A stretch of 64,000 nucleotides of DNA from Gemmatimonadota bacterium. Lineage in GTDB: Bacteria; Gemmatimonadota; Gemmatimonadetes; Longimicrobiales; Gaopeijiaceae. This document shows positions 1 to 9,241 of this stretch, piece by piece; positions within the stretch are counted from its first letter, which is position 1; the number at the start of each line of letters is the position of its first letter. The position numbers were made by a program, and so were the translations under genes. The DNA lies in the NCBI GenBank assembly GCA_039589315.1, contig JBDHHQ010000002.1, forward strand, positions 32,001 through 96,000, written 5' to 3'. Under the pieces are notes generated by a model. It saw only the letters and a program-made list of their open reading frames with translations, had not been told where the DNA came from and did no database searches.

Positions 1-54
1 GGCGATCATCTCGCCAAACTGGAAACGCCTAGCCCAATCTGGATCCGTGCTCAT
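1..54 (-). CDS. 5' start of a probable integron cassette gene running off the window (MSTDPDWARRFQFGEMIA...)
   Basis: ATG at 54 (in-frame GTG at 57), GGTGGA upstream, ~60 bp after the attC R' box on the minus strand; frame open to the window edge. Confidence 0.45.
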   Translation of the reverse strand, partial: MSTDPDWARRFQFGEMIA

Positions 55-116
55 CACGTCCACCGATAGTTGAACGGTGCAGCCTGGCCAAACCCTGGCC
101 GGGCCTTCGAAAAGCG

Positions 117-218
117 CCCTAACGTCCTGGAATTCTGCTGCCGCACCCTCTCGACTGCGAGCGAGCGTAGCGAGCTGCTCTCAACGCTCTCGCGGACAGC
201 AGCAATTCCTTGTTGGAC
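117..218 (-). mobile_element. Integron attC recombination site (102 bp)
   Basis: Minus strand: GTCCAAC (R'', RYYYAAC)-AAGGA-ATTGCTGC (L'')...GCAGAAT (L')-TCCAGGAC-GTTAGGG (R'). The arms GGAATT[G]CTGCTG[T]CCGC and GCGGCAGCAGAATTCC pair with two unpaired bases, the attC hallmark. Confidence 0.8.
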
Positions 219-327
219 GGATTCGCGTACACCACGCCTCGACGATCGCGCATACCGGCACGGCATCGGCATGAGCATAGCTGACGAACACGTCATAGCT
301 ACGGGCTTGAGCGTTCGGAGTAGCCAC
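181..327 (-). pseudogene. Truncated TIR-domain gene remnant
   Basis: AAGGAG RBS + GTG at 327; translates VATPNAQARSYDVFVSYAHADAVPVCAIVEAW (TIR box-1-like YDVFxSY..D), then runs into attC and stops at 183-181. Confidence 0.55.
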
Positions 328-675
328 GCTGACAAACTCCTTCCCGAGCCGCGCTCTACAAGTCCTCGGGCAGTCAAGCCGGAGTGAAGCTGTCCGCCGA
401 GTCTTTTGCGGTGGCGTGAGCCCCAGTCACGAGACGCACTTCTGGTTCTCGGTTCCGATGATTCTCTTTCTGTAGCCGTGGAGTTCACCACGGCTTCGGG
501 CGATCGCTGACGTGCAAGTACTTGCGGCACTCCTCCGTTGTCAGCGAGCGGGTTACCCGCTGACGAGCCCTCTCCTTCAAGAGCTCGAGTCCAAGCGCGT
601 ATGCCTTCGCCGTTTCAGGTCCCGCGGTGGCTAGGCGCTCACTATCTGGGCCGAACGCCACGTGAAAGACACCGC

Positions 676-697
676 GGTTCGAATCCCACCCCCTCCG
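676..697 (+). mobile_element. Duplicated tRNA 3' end (probably tRNA-Ser); putative att site / island boundary
   Basis: GGTTCGAATCCCACCCCCTCCG = T-loop, 3' T-stem, acceptor strand and discriminator G; the 5' half (GGAGGGG, D and anticodon arms) is absent upstream. Confidence 0.65.
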
Positions 698-715
698 TTA
701 GCGATGAGGCCGAAA

Positions 716-740
716 GGGCAGCCCTTCTCCGGGGTCGCCC
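716..740. terminator. Imperfect GC-rich hairpin, possible terminator
   Basis: GGGCAGCCC...GGGTCGCCC just after the tRNA fragment and downstream of the convergent kinase gene. Confidence 0.35.
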
Positions 741-833
741 ATCTCGTCTCTTCCTCGGTGTGCGTCGGGAATGAGGGCACGCGCCGACCCCGGACCAAGC
801 CCGATCACGCCGACGCAATCGTGCGCCGCCTCA

Positions 834-3710
834 CTAGTGCACCGGCCCGAGGTAGCGGTCGAGCCAATCGACGCTCTCTCGGATGAGTTGATTTCGGTGG
901 GTGGCCATGATCGAGTGATTGGCGTCGAACACCACATGGCGCTTGTCCGCATCCGGGGTCCCCAACAGCTCGAAAAGGACCTTCTGGGACGACTCGAGCG
1001 GGAAGATGAGGTCCTCTGCCCCATTGATCATGAGCGCCGGAATCGCGACCCGCGGCGCGAAGTTGAAGGGGTCCACCTCCGGGAGTTGATGGGCTCGGAG
1101 CAGTCCTCCGGAACGAAGGACGGCGGCCTTGATCCGTGGCTCCACAGACAGCAGGATGGACGCCCTCCTGCCGCCCCAGCTGAACCCGAAGTAAGCGAGC
1201 TTGTCGGCCTGAATGTCGGGGCGCGTCTCCAAGTAGTCGAGCGCCCGCCGGCCGTCCTTCACCACGCGAATCATCCAGTCGCGGAAGGCCTGCGTCTCGT
1301 CTGGGAAGCTCAGCACACGACCCTTGTTGCGCTCGAAGGTCTCGTCGTAGACGGGGAAGAGCACGGCACGCCCGCTCATGACCAGGAAGTCGATGCCGGT
1401 GAGCGGATAGTCGTCGAACGACTGGGCGTTGAGGCTGCCCGAACCGGGGTGGTAAAGGACTGCCTGGTACGGTGCCTCCACGCCCCGCGGGAGAAACAGG
1501 TGCATCGGCATCCGTTCGTCACCGTATGCGGTCCTGATCGTGATTCGCTCGCGTGTCCAGTGCTCCGAGCCGTCGTCGACGGGTTCCGACAGCCCCTCCA
1601 GGTCTGTAGCGTCGTAGGCGTATTGGGCGCGGTAGATCTCGAAGATCTCGTCGGATACGGGGACTTCCGTCGCGTAGTCGCGCGTGAGCGGCTCCAGCGT
1701 CGTCATGAACTCGGAGACGGCGGCCTCGTCCTCGTAGCGGGCGCAGCGGAACCCGATCGCAGGCGATCGGTGCCAAGGGGACCGTGAGTCGATCTGGAAG
1801 AACTTGTAGGAGGTGTCGTCCCACGCCCCTCCGAGCACGTAACGATCCTCGCCCACACCTGTCTCGTTGAACGCCCACTCGGCCGCGTTGCCGGCCACGT
1901 CGTAGGCGCCGTACTGGCTCATGCCGGCGTGGGCCCCGACCGGAGCCAGACCGCCCTCGTAGTTGCTGAGCGCGATAATCTGGGTCGCCATGTCCGGCGA
2001 CGCCGCCGTGGTCCAGTGAGCGACCGTGGGCAGGCTCTTTCCGGCGAAGGACGCGTAGGCGGTTGCTTCATACCAACTGACCCCGGTTACCGGATAGTCG
2101 TCCTGCCCGGACGGATAGAGGCCGCCCTGCCAGGTCGACGGACCGGGTCGCCCGGTAGCGTCCCGGAACTCGGTCATGGCTTCGACCCAGTTGAGCGTCC
2201 GGCCGTCTCGCACGAACTCGTGGTGCCAATACTGGGGGTCTTCATATCCGCCGGCGTCGACGAAATCCTTGAACGCCCGGTGCGTGACCTCGTAGCGGTC
2301 GATCTCGTAGCCGGGCGCCGGTAGGAACAGCATGCCGTTGAGTCCGTTCAGGCGCGTGTGCAACCGCCGCGCCGGGACACGTACCATGCCGGGCGTGGCC
2401 GTTCCCTCGCGAGAGAGGATGATCCGATCGGTCGGCAGCAGCGCCCGCTCGACCGACCCGAATCCGGCCTTCTCCACTCTCAGCCGCAGGGTGCCCCGGG
2501 GGACCCGTGCGTCCCGGATCGGCGTTGCCCCCAGCAGGGTCCAATCGGAATCGGGGGATCCGTACGGCTGAATGAGGACGTCTGCCCCGGCAGGCTCGGT
2601 CTCGATGGAGGCGATGGCCGAGATGCGGGGCCACAGGCTGGCCAGAATCAGATCGTCGGGGGTATGGCGCTCCGCCTCTTCGGCCAGCGCGAAGGCCTGG
2701 GCGTAGTCGTCCTGCTCTGCCAAGCGCAGGGCTTCGGGAATGGCCACCGTTCGGGCCCACCGCGCGTCGGCGGCCCGGTTGAACGCCCTGAGCCCTCCGG
2801 CGATCAGGACCGTCAGGATGGCGGCCGTGCCGAGGGCGACCTTGGGGCGCTTCAGGACTCGGATGAGCGATGGCCGAGGGCTGGCCGTTGCACTAGTGCC
2901 GTCTCTCGAACGGACGAGCTCGAGAGCCAAGTCGCCAGCGGATGCGAACCGCGCCTCGGGTCCCTTCTGGAGCGCGCGATCGACGATCGAGGCGACTTCC
3001 GGCGGAACATCCCCGCGCAGCTCACCGAGTGGCTGGGGCGTCTGCGTCTGGATGGCGCTCATCACTACCGCCGGATGCTCTCCTGGGAAGGGCAACTCTC
3101 CACTGAGCATCTCGTACAGGGTCACACCGAGCGCCCAGATGTCGGAACGGTGGTCGACGCGCTCGCCGCGTGTCTGCTCCGGCGACATGTAGGACGTCGT
3201 GCCCACGGTCGATCCGACGCGTGTCAGGCCCGTCTGTCCATGAAGCTTGGCGATCCCGAAGTCGACGATCTTCACGAGGTCGTCGCCGGTGATCATCACG
3301 TTGGCGGGCTTGATGTCACGATGGACGATGCCCGAGTCGTGAGCGCGGGCGAGGCCCTGCGCCACTTGCGCGGCGATGTCGAGTGCAGCGCCGACGGACA
3401 GAGGGCCGCCCTGGAGGCGGGACTTCAACGTTCCGCCGTCATAGTATGCCATGGCGATGAACAGCTGTCCGTCCTCGATCTCGTCGATGTCGAAAATCGT
3501 GCAGATGTTCGGATGATCCAGAGCCGAAGCGGCTTCGGCCTCCTGCATGAAGCGCTGCTTGGCCTCGTCGTCGCGGGTGAGATCTTGAGGTAGGAACTTG
3601 AGTGCGACCGTGCGCTTCAGGCGGGTATCCGTCGCCCGGTACACCACCCCCATGCCGCCCCCTCCGAGCTTCTCGTGCACCTGGTAGTGAGAAAGGGTCC
3701 GGCCTTCCAT
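834..3710 (-). CDS. Membrane Ser/Thr protein kinase fused to FGE-sulfatase (SUMF1-like) and alpha/beta-hydrolase domains
   Basis: LGGGGMGVVY, VALKFL, HRDIKPAN, DFG, YMSPE; TM VALGTAAILTVLIAGGL; YEIDRYEVT, PVTGVSWYEA, GNAAEW, IGFRCA; GFSWGG nucleophile elbow; start set at ATG 3710. Confidence 0.9.
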   Translation of the reverse strand: MEGRTLSHYQVHEKLGGGGMGVVYRATDTRLKRTVALKFLPQDLTRDDEAKQRFMQEAEAASALDHPNICTIFDIDEIEDGQLFIAMAYYDGGTLKSRLQGGPLSVGAALDIAAQVAQGLARAHDSGIVHRDIKPANVMITGDDLVKIVDFGIAKLHGQTGLTRVGSTVGTTSYMSPEQTRGERVDHRSDIWALGVTLYEMLSGELPFPGEHPAVVMSAIQTQTPQPLGELRGDVPPEVASIVDRALQKGPEARFASAGDLALELVRSRDGTSATASPRPSLIRVLKRPKVALGTAAILTVLIAGGLRAFNRAADARWARTVAIPEALRLAEQDDYAQAFALAEEAERHTPDDLILASLWPRISAIASIETEPAGADVLIQPYGSPDSDWTLLGATPIRDARVPRGTLRLRVEKAGFGSVERALLPTDRIILSREGTATPGMVRVPARRLHTRLNGLNGMLFLPAPGYEIDRYEVTHRAFKDFVDAGGYEDPQYWHHEFVRDGRTLNWVEAMTEFRDATGRPGPSTWQGGLYPSGQDDYPVTGVSWYEATAYASFAGKSLPTVAHWTTAASPDMATQIIALSNYEGGLAPVGAHAGMSQYGAYDVAGNAAEWAFNETGVGEDRYVLGGAWDDTSYKFFQIDSRSPWHRSPAIGFRCARYEDEAAVSEFMTTLEPLTRDYATEVPVSDEIFEIYRAQYAYDATDLEGLSEPVDDGSEHWTRERITIRTAYGDERMPMHLFLPRGVEAPYQAVLYHPGSGSLNAQSFDDYPLTGIDFLVMSGRAVLFPVYDETFERNKGRVLSFPDETQAFRDWMIRVVKDGRRALDYLETRPDIQADKLAYFGFSWGGRRASILLSVEPRIKAAVLRSGGLLRAHQLPEVDPFNFAPRVAIPALMINGAEDLIFPLESSQKVLFELLGTPDADKRHVVFDANHSIMATHRNQLIRESVDWLDRYLGPVH

Positions 3711-3989
3711 CCGAGCTCCGAGGGTTCCTTGACGAGTTTGGCTTGGGACACCACGACGGCTGGTGAAAGGGCGTGGGATCATTCAGGTGACCCACGTCTG
3801 TCGCTTCGAAAGTGCGTGCGGGGACCGAGCCCATGCAAGAAGGCTCCAAGGCGTCCGAACGAGAACGAGCCATCGAACTGGCGCGTGACCGATTCCAGCT
3901 CCGGCAGCGCAAGGAGCTCGTCCAGGAACGGGACCTGGTACAGCCGAGCGAGTCCCGGCGCGTGTGCTTGGTGCGCCGCCTCGACCAAC

Positions 3990-4391
3990 CCGATACTCCC
4001 CTACGATCCCATCCCCCTGGACCCGGCATTGGTCGACTTGGCGGCTGAAGCCATCGGCGAACGATATCGTGACACGCCCATGCCCAACGCCCCGAGACCC
4101 GAGCGGGTCGCCTCGGCAGCCCGAGAGGCCATGAGCGTCCCTTCGTATCACCCGCCTATCACCGACGTGGTTCTAGGTCGCGACGGGAGCGTCTGGCTTC
4201 AGCGAGAGCCGGTGGGTGACCATCACACCTGGGTGGGGATCGACGCAGAAGGCCGGGTACTGGGCACGGTTGAAATACCGGCTGATGTGAAGGTGCTGGC
4301 CGCCAGAGCCGACTTTCTGATGACCGTCGAGCTGGATGCGATGGACGTTCCCTCAATAGTCCGATATGGGTTGGCAGCGGGCGAGAGGTAA
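3990..4391 (+). pseudogene. C-terminal fragment of a 6-bladed beta-propeller protein
   Basis: PSYHPPITDVVLGRDGSVWL...WVGIDAEGRVLGTVEIP...ELDAMDVPSIVRY is a typical propeller C-terminus; no credible N-terminus or start. Confidence 0.5.
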
Positions 4392-4757
4392 CGGAGCGAC
4401 GACTTGGTCCTCGCTGCTCGCCTCCTCGGCACCGGCATGGGCTCGACGATTCACTCGGCAATCAACGGCCGGGCCAACCCTGAGCGGCACAGAAATCGGT
4501 GAACACAGGGGGCTTAGAATCTCGACCGGGTGTTGATAGATCCCGGAAATGAGCGTAATCATTGTGGTCTTGAAGCCGACCGAGTCCGGTTCTCGACAGT
4601 CTTTCCTACGTGCGGGAGCTCATCTGGGGCACCTGGCGCCAGGTTCCACACACCGAGTGCGGCTACTGAAACCCGGTTTCGACAGGCTCCGCTACGTCGG
4701 GAGCGGCGGGTCATCGGGCTCTGTGAAGACACGACCGGCGGCTGGTGGAGGAGTGAG

Positions 4758-5573
4758 ATGAGGTCCGGGTCGCGCGTCCGGCTGACAGCAGAGGGCGCCC
4801 TCATCCTGAGCACAGGGCGCGGGTCCGAATTCGGGTTGGATACGCCCCCGAGGCTCTGGCGTCACGGTGTTCCCGGGCACGGGCACTTCCTGGCCGGCTA
4901 CGAGACTGTCTATGACCTCGCTGTGCTCCACGGCGACGTCGCCGCGCTGCATGAGGGGTCCACGGCCGGCCACATGCTCGAGTGGGGTCCGTTCGAAGGC
5001 AGGCTCACCGGGCGCGAAGTGACAAGCGACGCGGGCCGGGTCGGGCTGACCAGCCAGCGCGTCTTCATCGGCAGCCATTCAGGGAGCCTGGAGACCCTCG
5101 ATGACGAGACCCGCTTTGAAGGCGTGATCGACTTCGCGTGCGCGGCGGACGCTGCGCTCGTCAGCCTGGGAGACACCCTGCTGGTGCTAACAGGAGACGG
5201 GCGGGTCGACGACGAGATCGCGCCAGGAATCGGCGAGGTGAGCGCCGTCGACGTCGACAGCGTTGCCGGCGGATGGCTGCTCGGCTCGGCTCGGGGGGTC
5301 TTCCACCTGCACGAAGGCGCGCTCGGCCAGCTCGCGCCGGCGCTCGAAGGCGCCCCCCGGAAGGTGCGACGCGGCGAGCGCGCCGTCTGGGCGAGGGTCG
5401 GCAACGCGCTGATCCGCGCGACGCCGGGCGCAACCGAGACTAAGCGCGACTTGAGCAGCAACGCCTGGTACTGGGATGACTTCGACGCCAACGTACACGG
5501 TGCCGTCTTGCTCGACGTCTATAACAGCGGCGGCCTGATCTCCCTTGACGAAGCCGAGGGTGACCTCGGCTGA
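4758..5573 (+). CDS. Hypothetical beta-rich (propeller-like) protein
   Basis: GGAGG RBS before ATG 4758; protein-like composition with repeated short beta strands. Confidence 0.55.
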   Translation: MRSGSRVRLTAEGALILSTGRGSEFGLDTPPRLWRHGVPGHGHFLAGYETVYDLAVLHGDVAALHEGSTAGHMLEWGPFEGRLTGREVTSDAGRVGLTSQRVFIGSHSGSLETLDDETRFEGVIDFACAADAALVSLGDTLLVLTGDGRVDDEIAPGIGEVSAVDVDSVAGGWLLGSARGVFHLHEGALGQLAPALEGAPRKVRRGERAVWARVGNALIRATPGATETKRDLSSNAWYWDDFDANVHGAVLLDVYNSGGLISLDEAEGDLG

Positions 5574-5961
5574 AAACCACCGCGGAGAGGCCACGTGCGT
5601 GTTCGGACGTCGGAGCGTGCTGCGCTCTTCGAGCCGGTCGAACTCAAGGAATGGCCCGAGCGAGCTACCGCGGAAACGGGCGGCCCGTCGGTGCCGCATC
5701 CCTCTGCCACCCAAACGCGTCTGAGCCTCGCCCTGAAGGAGGCTAGCGCTGGGCAGTGGCAGGCTCGTCCGGACTGCTGAGCTCCGGCCCCGTGCCCCGA
5801 CTCTCGCAACGCTTTGGCCCACGTTTCCACGAATGGCTTCGTAGCGAAGCGCAGCGTCAGGCCGAACGTGAAGCCCCATCCACTCGCCTGAGTGCGTGCC
5901 AACACGGAGATCGGCTGTGAATTACCCGAGAGAAATCGAGTACCAATGGTCGCGCCCTGGC

Positions 5962-7599
5962 ATGGTCGGGCCGTTCGTCGTCCTCTTGGCGGGACTGTTC
6001 GTGGGTGTAGCCGGCCTCGGCGCCCAGGAGGAGACTCGGCGCTTCGGCGACCTTGCCGAAGGGCCCTACGACCGCCTCGTCATCCGCAACGTGATGGTGA
6101 TCCCCGGCCACGGCGGGCCACCCACGGGCCCCCACGACATTCTCATCGAGGGCGACCGCATCGCTGAAATGCGGTCCTTCGATGCGGTGGCCGCAGAGGC
6201 CGCGGTCCGGCGGGGCGAGACGGTGGAGCGCTGGACCGGAGACCGGGTCATCGAGGGGGACGGCATGTACGTCATGCCCGGGATCATCGACCTGCACACG
6301 CACGTGCGGCAGGACCCGTTGCCCATGGAGTGGTTCTACTACCTGAAGCTGGCGCATGGTGTCACCACGGTTTCCCCATACGCCGACCGGGGATGGGCCC
6401 ACTCGCTGGAGCAGGGGAGGCTCAGCGACAGCAATCAGATCCTGGCGCCCCGGTGGTACCATAACTGGGACTGGGGCTGGGGTACGGAACACGACCGAGC
6501 GTTCCTGGAAGATCCCGCCAACGCGGCCCGGATCGCCCAGGAGATGTGGGAGCTGGTCCACCGCGACGGAGGTGAGCTCTCGAATCTGATGGTCTCCCTC
6601 CACGCCCGCGGGTGGAGCCAGGAGCTCGTGGGCGCCATCGCCACGGGTATGACCGAAGCCGGAGGCACCACGACCTTCCACATGCCCCCATCGACCAACG
6701 CGGTCACCGACGCAGTGGACGCCGCCCGGCTCGGTGTGACGTTCCTGGAGCACCACTACGCGTTCGCCGAATCCGCGCTGCCCCGCAGGGTGCAGGACTT
6801 CCCGCGCGACTACGACTACGACAACGAGAACCACCGCTTCCGGGGAGCGGGACAGGTGTGGGTCGAGGCGGGCACCAACCCGGAGAGCCGGGCGCGCCTC
6901 CTGAACGAGGTGGCCGACTCGCTGGTCCACTATGGAGCCGTACTACTGCCGACCCGCGTCGTCTACGAGGCGAACCGGGACATCCTACGAGCCATGAGCC
7001 TGCCGTGGCATGAGAAGTACACTCATCAGGCATTGATCGGGTGGAGCCTCCCCAACGCCTCGTACCACGGGTCGTACCACTACGACTGGACCTCGGACGA
7101 CGAGTACTACTGGACCTATGCCTTCGACCTCTGGAGCGAGCTCATCTACGAGGTGAACCGGCGCGGAGGCCGTGTGGCCTACGGCACCGACGACAACTAC
7201 ATCTGGGCCACGCCCGGCTTCTCCAACGTGAGAGAGCTCCAACTCCTGCGCGAAACGGGCATGCACAACCTGGAGGTGCTGAAGGCGGCCACGTACACCG
7301 GCGCCCGAACGGCTCGCCTCCCGGGCTTGGGATTGGTGCGACCCGGGTACGTCGCGGACCTCGTGCTGGTGGACGGCAACCCGGCCTTCAACCTCCGGTT
7401 CCTCTATTCCTTCGGAGCGCTGCGCCTCGACGAGGCGGGCGAGATGGTGCGAACCCGGGGCATCGTCCACACGATCAAGGACGGGATCGTCATCGAAAAC
7501 TCCCATCTCATGCGCGAAGTCGAGCGGATGGTGGCGGAGTCCAAGGAGGGAGTGGCTCGATTCAACGCCATGACCGGGCCTTTCGTACCTGGACGTTGA
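5962..7599 (+). CDS. Secreted amidohydrolase family protein
   Basis: Signal peptide; MPGIIDLHTH metal motif; GTDD; GLVRPGYVADLVLVDGNP; start uncertain. Confidence 0.85.
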   Translation: MVGPFVVLLAGLFVGVAGLGAQEETRRFGDLAEGPYDRLVIRNVMVIPGHGGPPTGPHDILIEGDRIAEMRSFDAVAAEAAVRRGETVERWTGDRVIEGDGMYVMPGIIDLHTHVRQDPLPMEWFYYLKLAHGVTTVSPYADRGWAHSLEQGRLSDSNQILAPRWYHNWDWGWGTEHDRAFLEDPANAARIAQEMWELVHRDGGELSNLMVSLHARGWSQELVGAIATGMTEAGGTTTFHMPPSTNAVTDAVDAARLGVTFLEHHYAFAESALPRRVQDFPRDYDYDNENHRFRGAGQVWVEAGTNPESRARLLNEVADSLVHYGAVLLPTRVVYEANRDILRAMSLPWHEKYTHQALIGWSLPNASYHGSYHYDWTSDDEYYWTYAFDLWSELIYEVNRRGGRVAYGTDDNYIWATPGFSNVRELQLLRETGMHNLEVLKAATYTGARTARLPGLGLVRPGYVADLVLVDGNPAFNLRFLYSFGALRLDEAGEMVRTRGIVHTIKDGIVIENSHLMREVERMVAESKEGVARFNAMTGPFVPGR

Positions 7600-7759
7600 C
7601 GAGGGTGCGCCCAGGTCCAGCCGTGCGAGAGGGCGGCTTCCGATGTGCAGCTACTCGTCGAACGACCCCCAGCGAACGACCGGTCCCGACCCATCCTCGC
7701 CCCGCTCCGCTCGGCCGCCGGTCCGACCGTCCATCACCAACGCGAGGATCTGACTACGC

Positions 7760-9160
7760 ATGATCGACCGCTTCCTCGACTGGCTGGCGGTCGTGGACGG
7801 CCTCCTGTGGGGTCCCTGGACGATGGTGTTCATCGCCGGGGTGGCCGTGTTCTTCACCGTCAAGTCGGGCTTCTTCCAGGTCCGCGGTGTGGGGCACATC
7901 CTCCGGCACACGGTGCTCGCCATCGGCCGCGGGGGGAAGGGGGATTCCGGGTCCATGTCTCCCTTCCAGGCGGCGGCCACCTCCCTGGGTGGCACGGTCG
8001 GCATGGGCAACATGGCGGGGGTGGCCACGGCGCTCTCCGTGGGAGGGCCCGGGGCGATCTTCTGGATGTGGCTCCTGGCGTTCTTCGGCATGATGTCCAA
8101 GACGGTGGAGATCACGCTGGGGGTGCACTACCGGGAACGGGGCCCCGACGGACAGGTCCGGGGTGGCCCCATGCACACGATCCGCCGGGGGTTGGGCTGG
8201 ACGCCGCTGGCCTATCTCTTCAGCGCCGGCATGCTGATCAACGCCATGTTCAGCGCCTCGCTGCTCCAGTCACACACGGTCGGCCGTGCGTTCCTGGCCA
8301 GCTACGGCCTCAGTCCTTACCTGGTGACAGCGGCCATGGCAGTGGTCACGGCCATGGTCGTCCTGGGCGGCGTGCGCCGGATCGGGCGCTTTTCGGGGGG
8401 CCTGGTGCCTCTGATGTCTCTTGCCTACCTGACCGGCGCGGTGGTGGTCATCGCCCTCAACTACCAACGGATTCCCGGTGTCCTCGAGACGATCGTGACG
8501 TACGCGTTCACCCCGGCGGCAGGCGTGGGCGGCGCGACCGGCGTCGCGGTGGCCACGGCTATCAAGCAGGGCATGGCCCGCGGGATGCTCTCCAACGAGG
8601 CGGGCCTGGGCACCGCCCCCATGGTGCACGCCACCGCCGAGACCGCCCACCCCTTCGAGCAGGGGGTCTGGGGAGCGGTCGAGGTGTTCGTGGACACCAT
8701 CGTCATCTGCTCGATCACCGCCCTGGCCATCCTGTGCACCGGTGCCCTGGACAGCGGCGAATCGGGCATCGAGCTGTTGCTGCAAGCCTTCTCCCGTGCG
8801 CTCCCGGAAACGGCGGCCGCAGCCATCGTCTCGATCTCGATCCTGACGTTCTCGCTCTCGACCCAGATCGGATTCTTCGTCTACTTCGAGACCAGCCTGG
8901 TGAGCCTGGCCGGTGTCAGGGCCTTTCGCACGTTGCGTTGGCTGTATTTCGTTCCGGGCGTGCTCTTCGCCGGCGTGGCGGACGTCGACCGCCTCTGGGT
9001 CCTGGCAAACATATCGGTCGCCGTGGTCGCCATCCCGAACCTGATCAGCATGCTGTTCCTCAGCGACGCCTTCTCCACGCTCATGGAGGACCGGCTCAGC
9101 GGCCGCCAGCGCTACTCCACCGCCAAGGTGGACGGAACGGACGACGTCCTGACCCGCTGA
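7760..9160 (+). CDS. Sodium:alanine/glycine symporter (AGCS family)
   Basis: GTVGMGNMAGVATA, GGPGAIFWMW, RGMLSNEAGLGTAP, VFVDTIVIC. Confidence 0.93.
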   Translation: MIDRFLDWLAVVDGLLWGPWTMVFIAGVAVFFTVKSGFFQVRGVGHILRHTVLAIGRGGKGDSGSMSPFQAAATSLGGTVGMGNMAGVATALSVGGPGAIFWMWLLAFFGMMSKTVEITLGVHYRERGPDGQVRGGPMHTIRRGLGWTPLAYLFSAGMLINAMFSASLLQSHTVGRAFLASYGLSPYLVTAAMAVVTAMVVLGGVRRIGRFSGGLVPLMSLAYLTGAVVVIALNYQRIPGVLETIVTYAFTPAAGVGGATGVAVATAIKQGMARGMLSNEAGLGTAPMVHATAETAHPFEQGVWGAVEVFVDTIVICSITALAILCTGALDSGESGIELLLQAFSRALPETAAAAIVSISILTFSLSTQIGFFVYFETSLVSLAGVRAFRTLRWLYFVPGVLFAGVADVDRLWVLANISVAVVAIPNLISMLFLSDAFSTLMEDRLSGRQRYSTAKVDGTDDVLTR

Positions 9161-9241
9161 CTCCGGCGGTCGATTCAGTCTCGCCTCGATGGTGTCGAGG
9201 CTCGAATCCGGAAGAATGTCCAGCGACCACCTTCTTACCGG

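Noticed and set aside
54..530. 158-aa minus-strand ORF and overlapping + ORFs
   Set aside because: They read through the attC palindrome and are not protein-like; the TIR-like frame is better supported.
610..697. Intact tRNA gene
   Set aside because: No 5' acceptor strand, D arm or anticodon arm, and the T-stem is only partly paired.
703..717. GATGAGGCCGAAAGG resembling a hammerhead ribozyme core
   Set aside because: Lacks the CTGA start, the closing CCGAAA and stems I/III.
1730..1900. FGE/C-lectin domain end as a DGR variable region
   Set aside because: No template repeat or reverse transcriptase in the window.
5580..5900. Glycine riboswitch or second attC upstream of amidohydrolase-AGCS
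   Set aside because: Hairpins are present, but the CCGAAG/CTCAGG aptamer core and correctly spaced R boxes are not.
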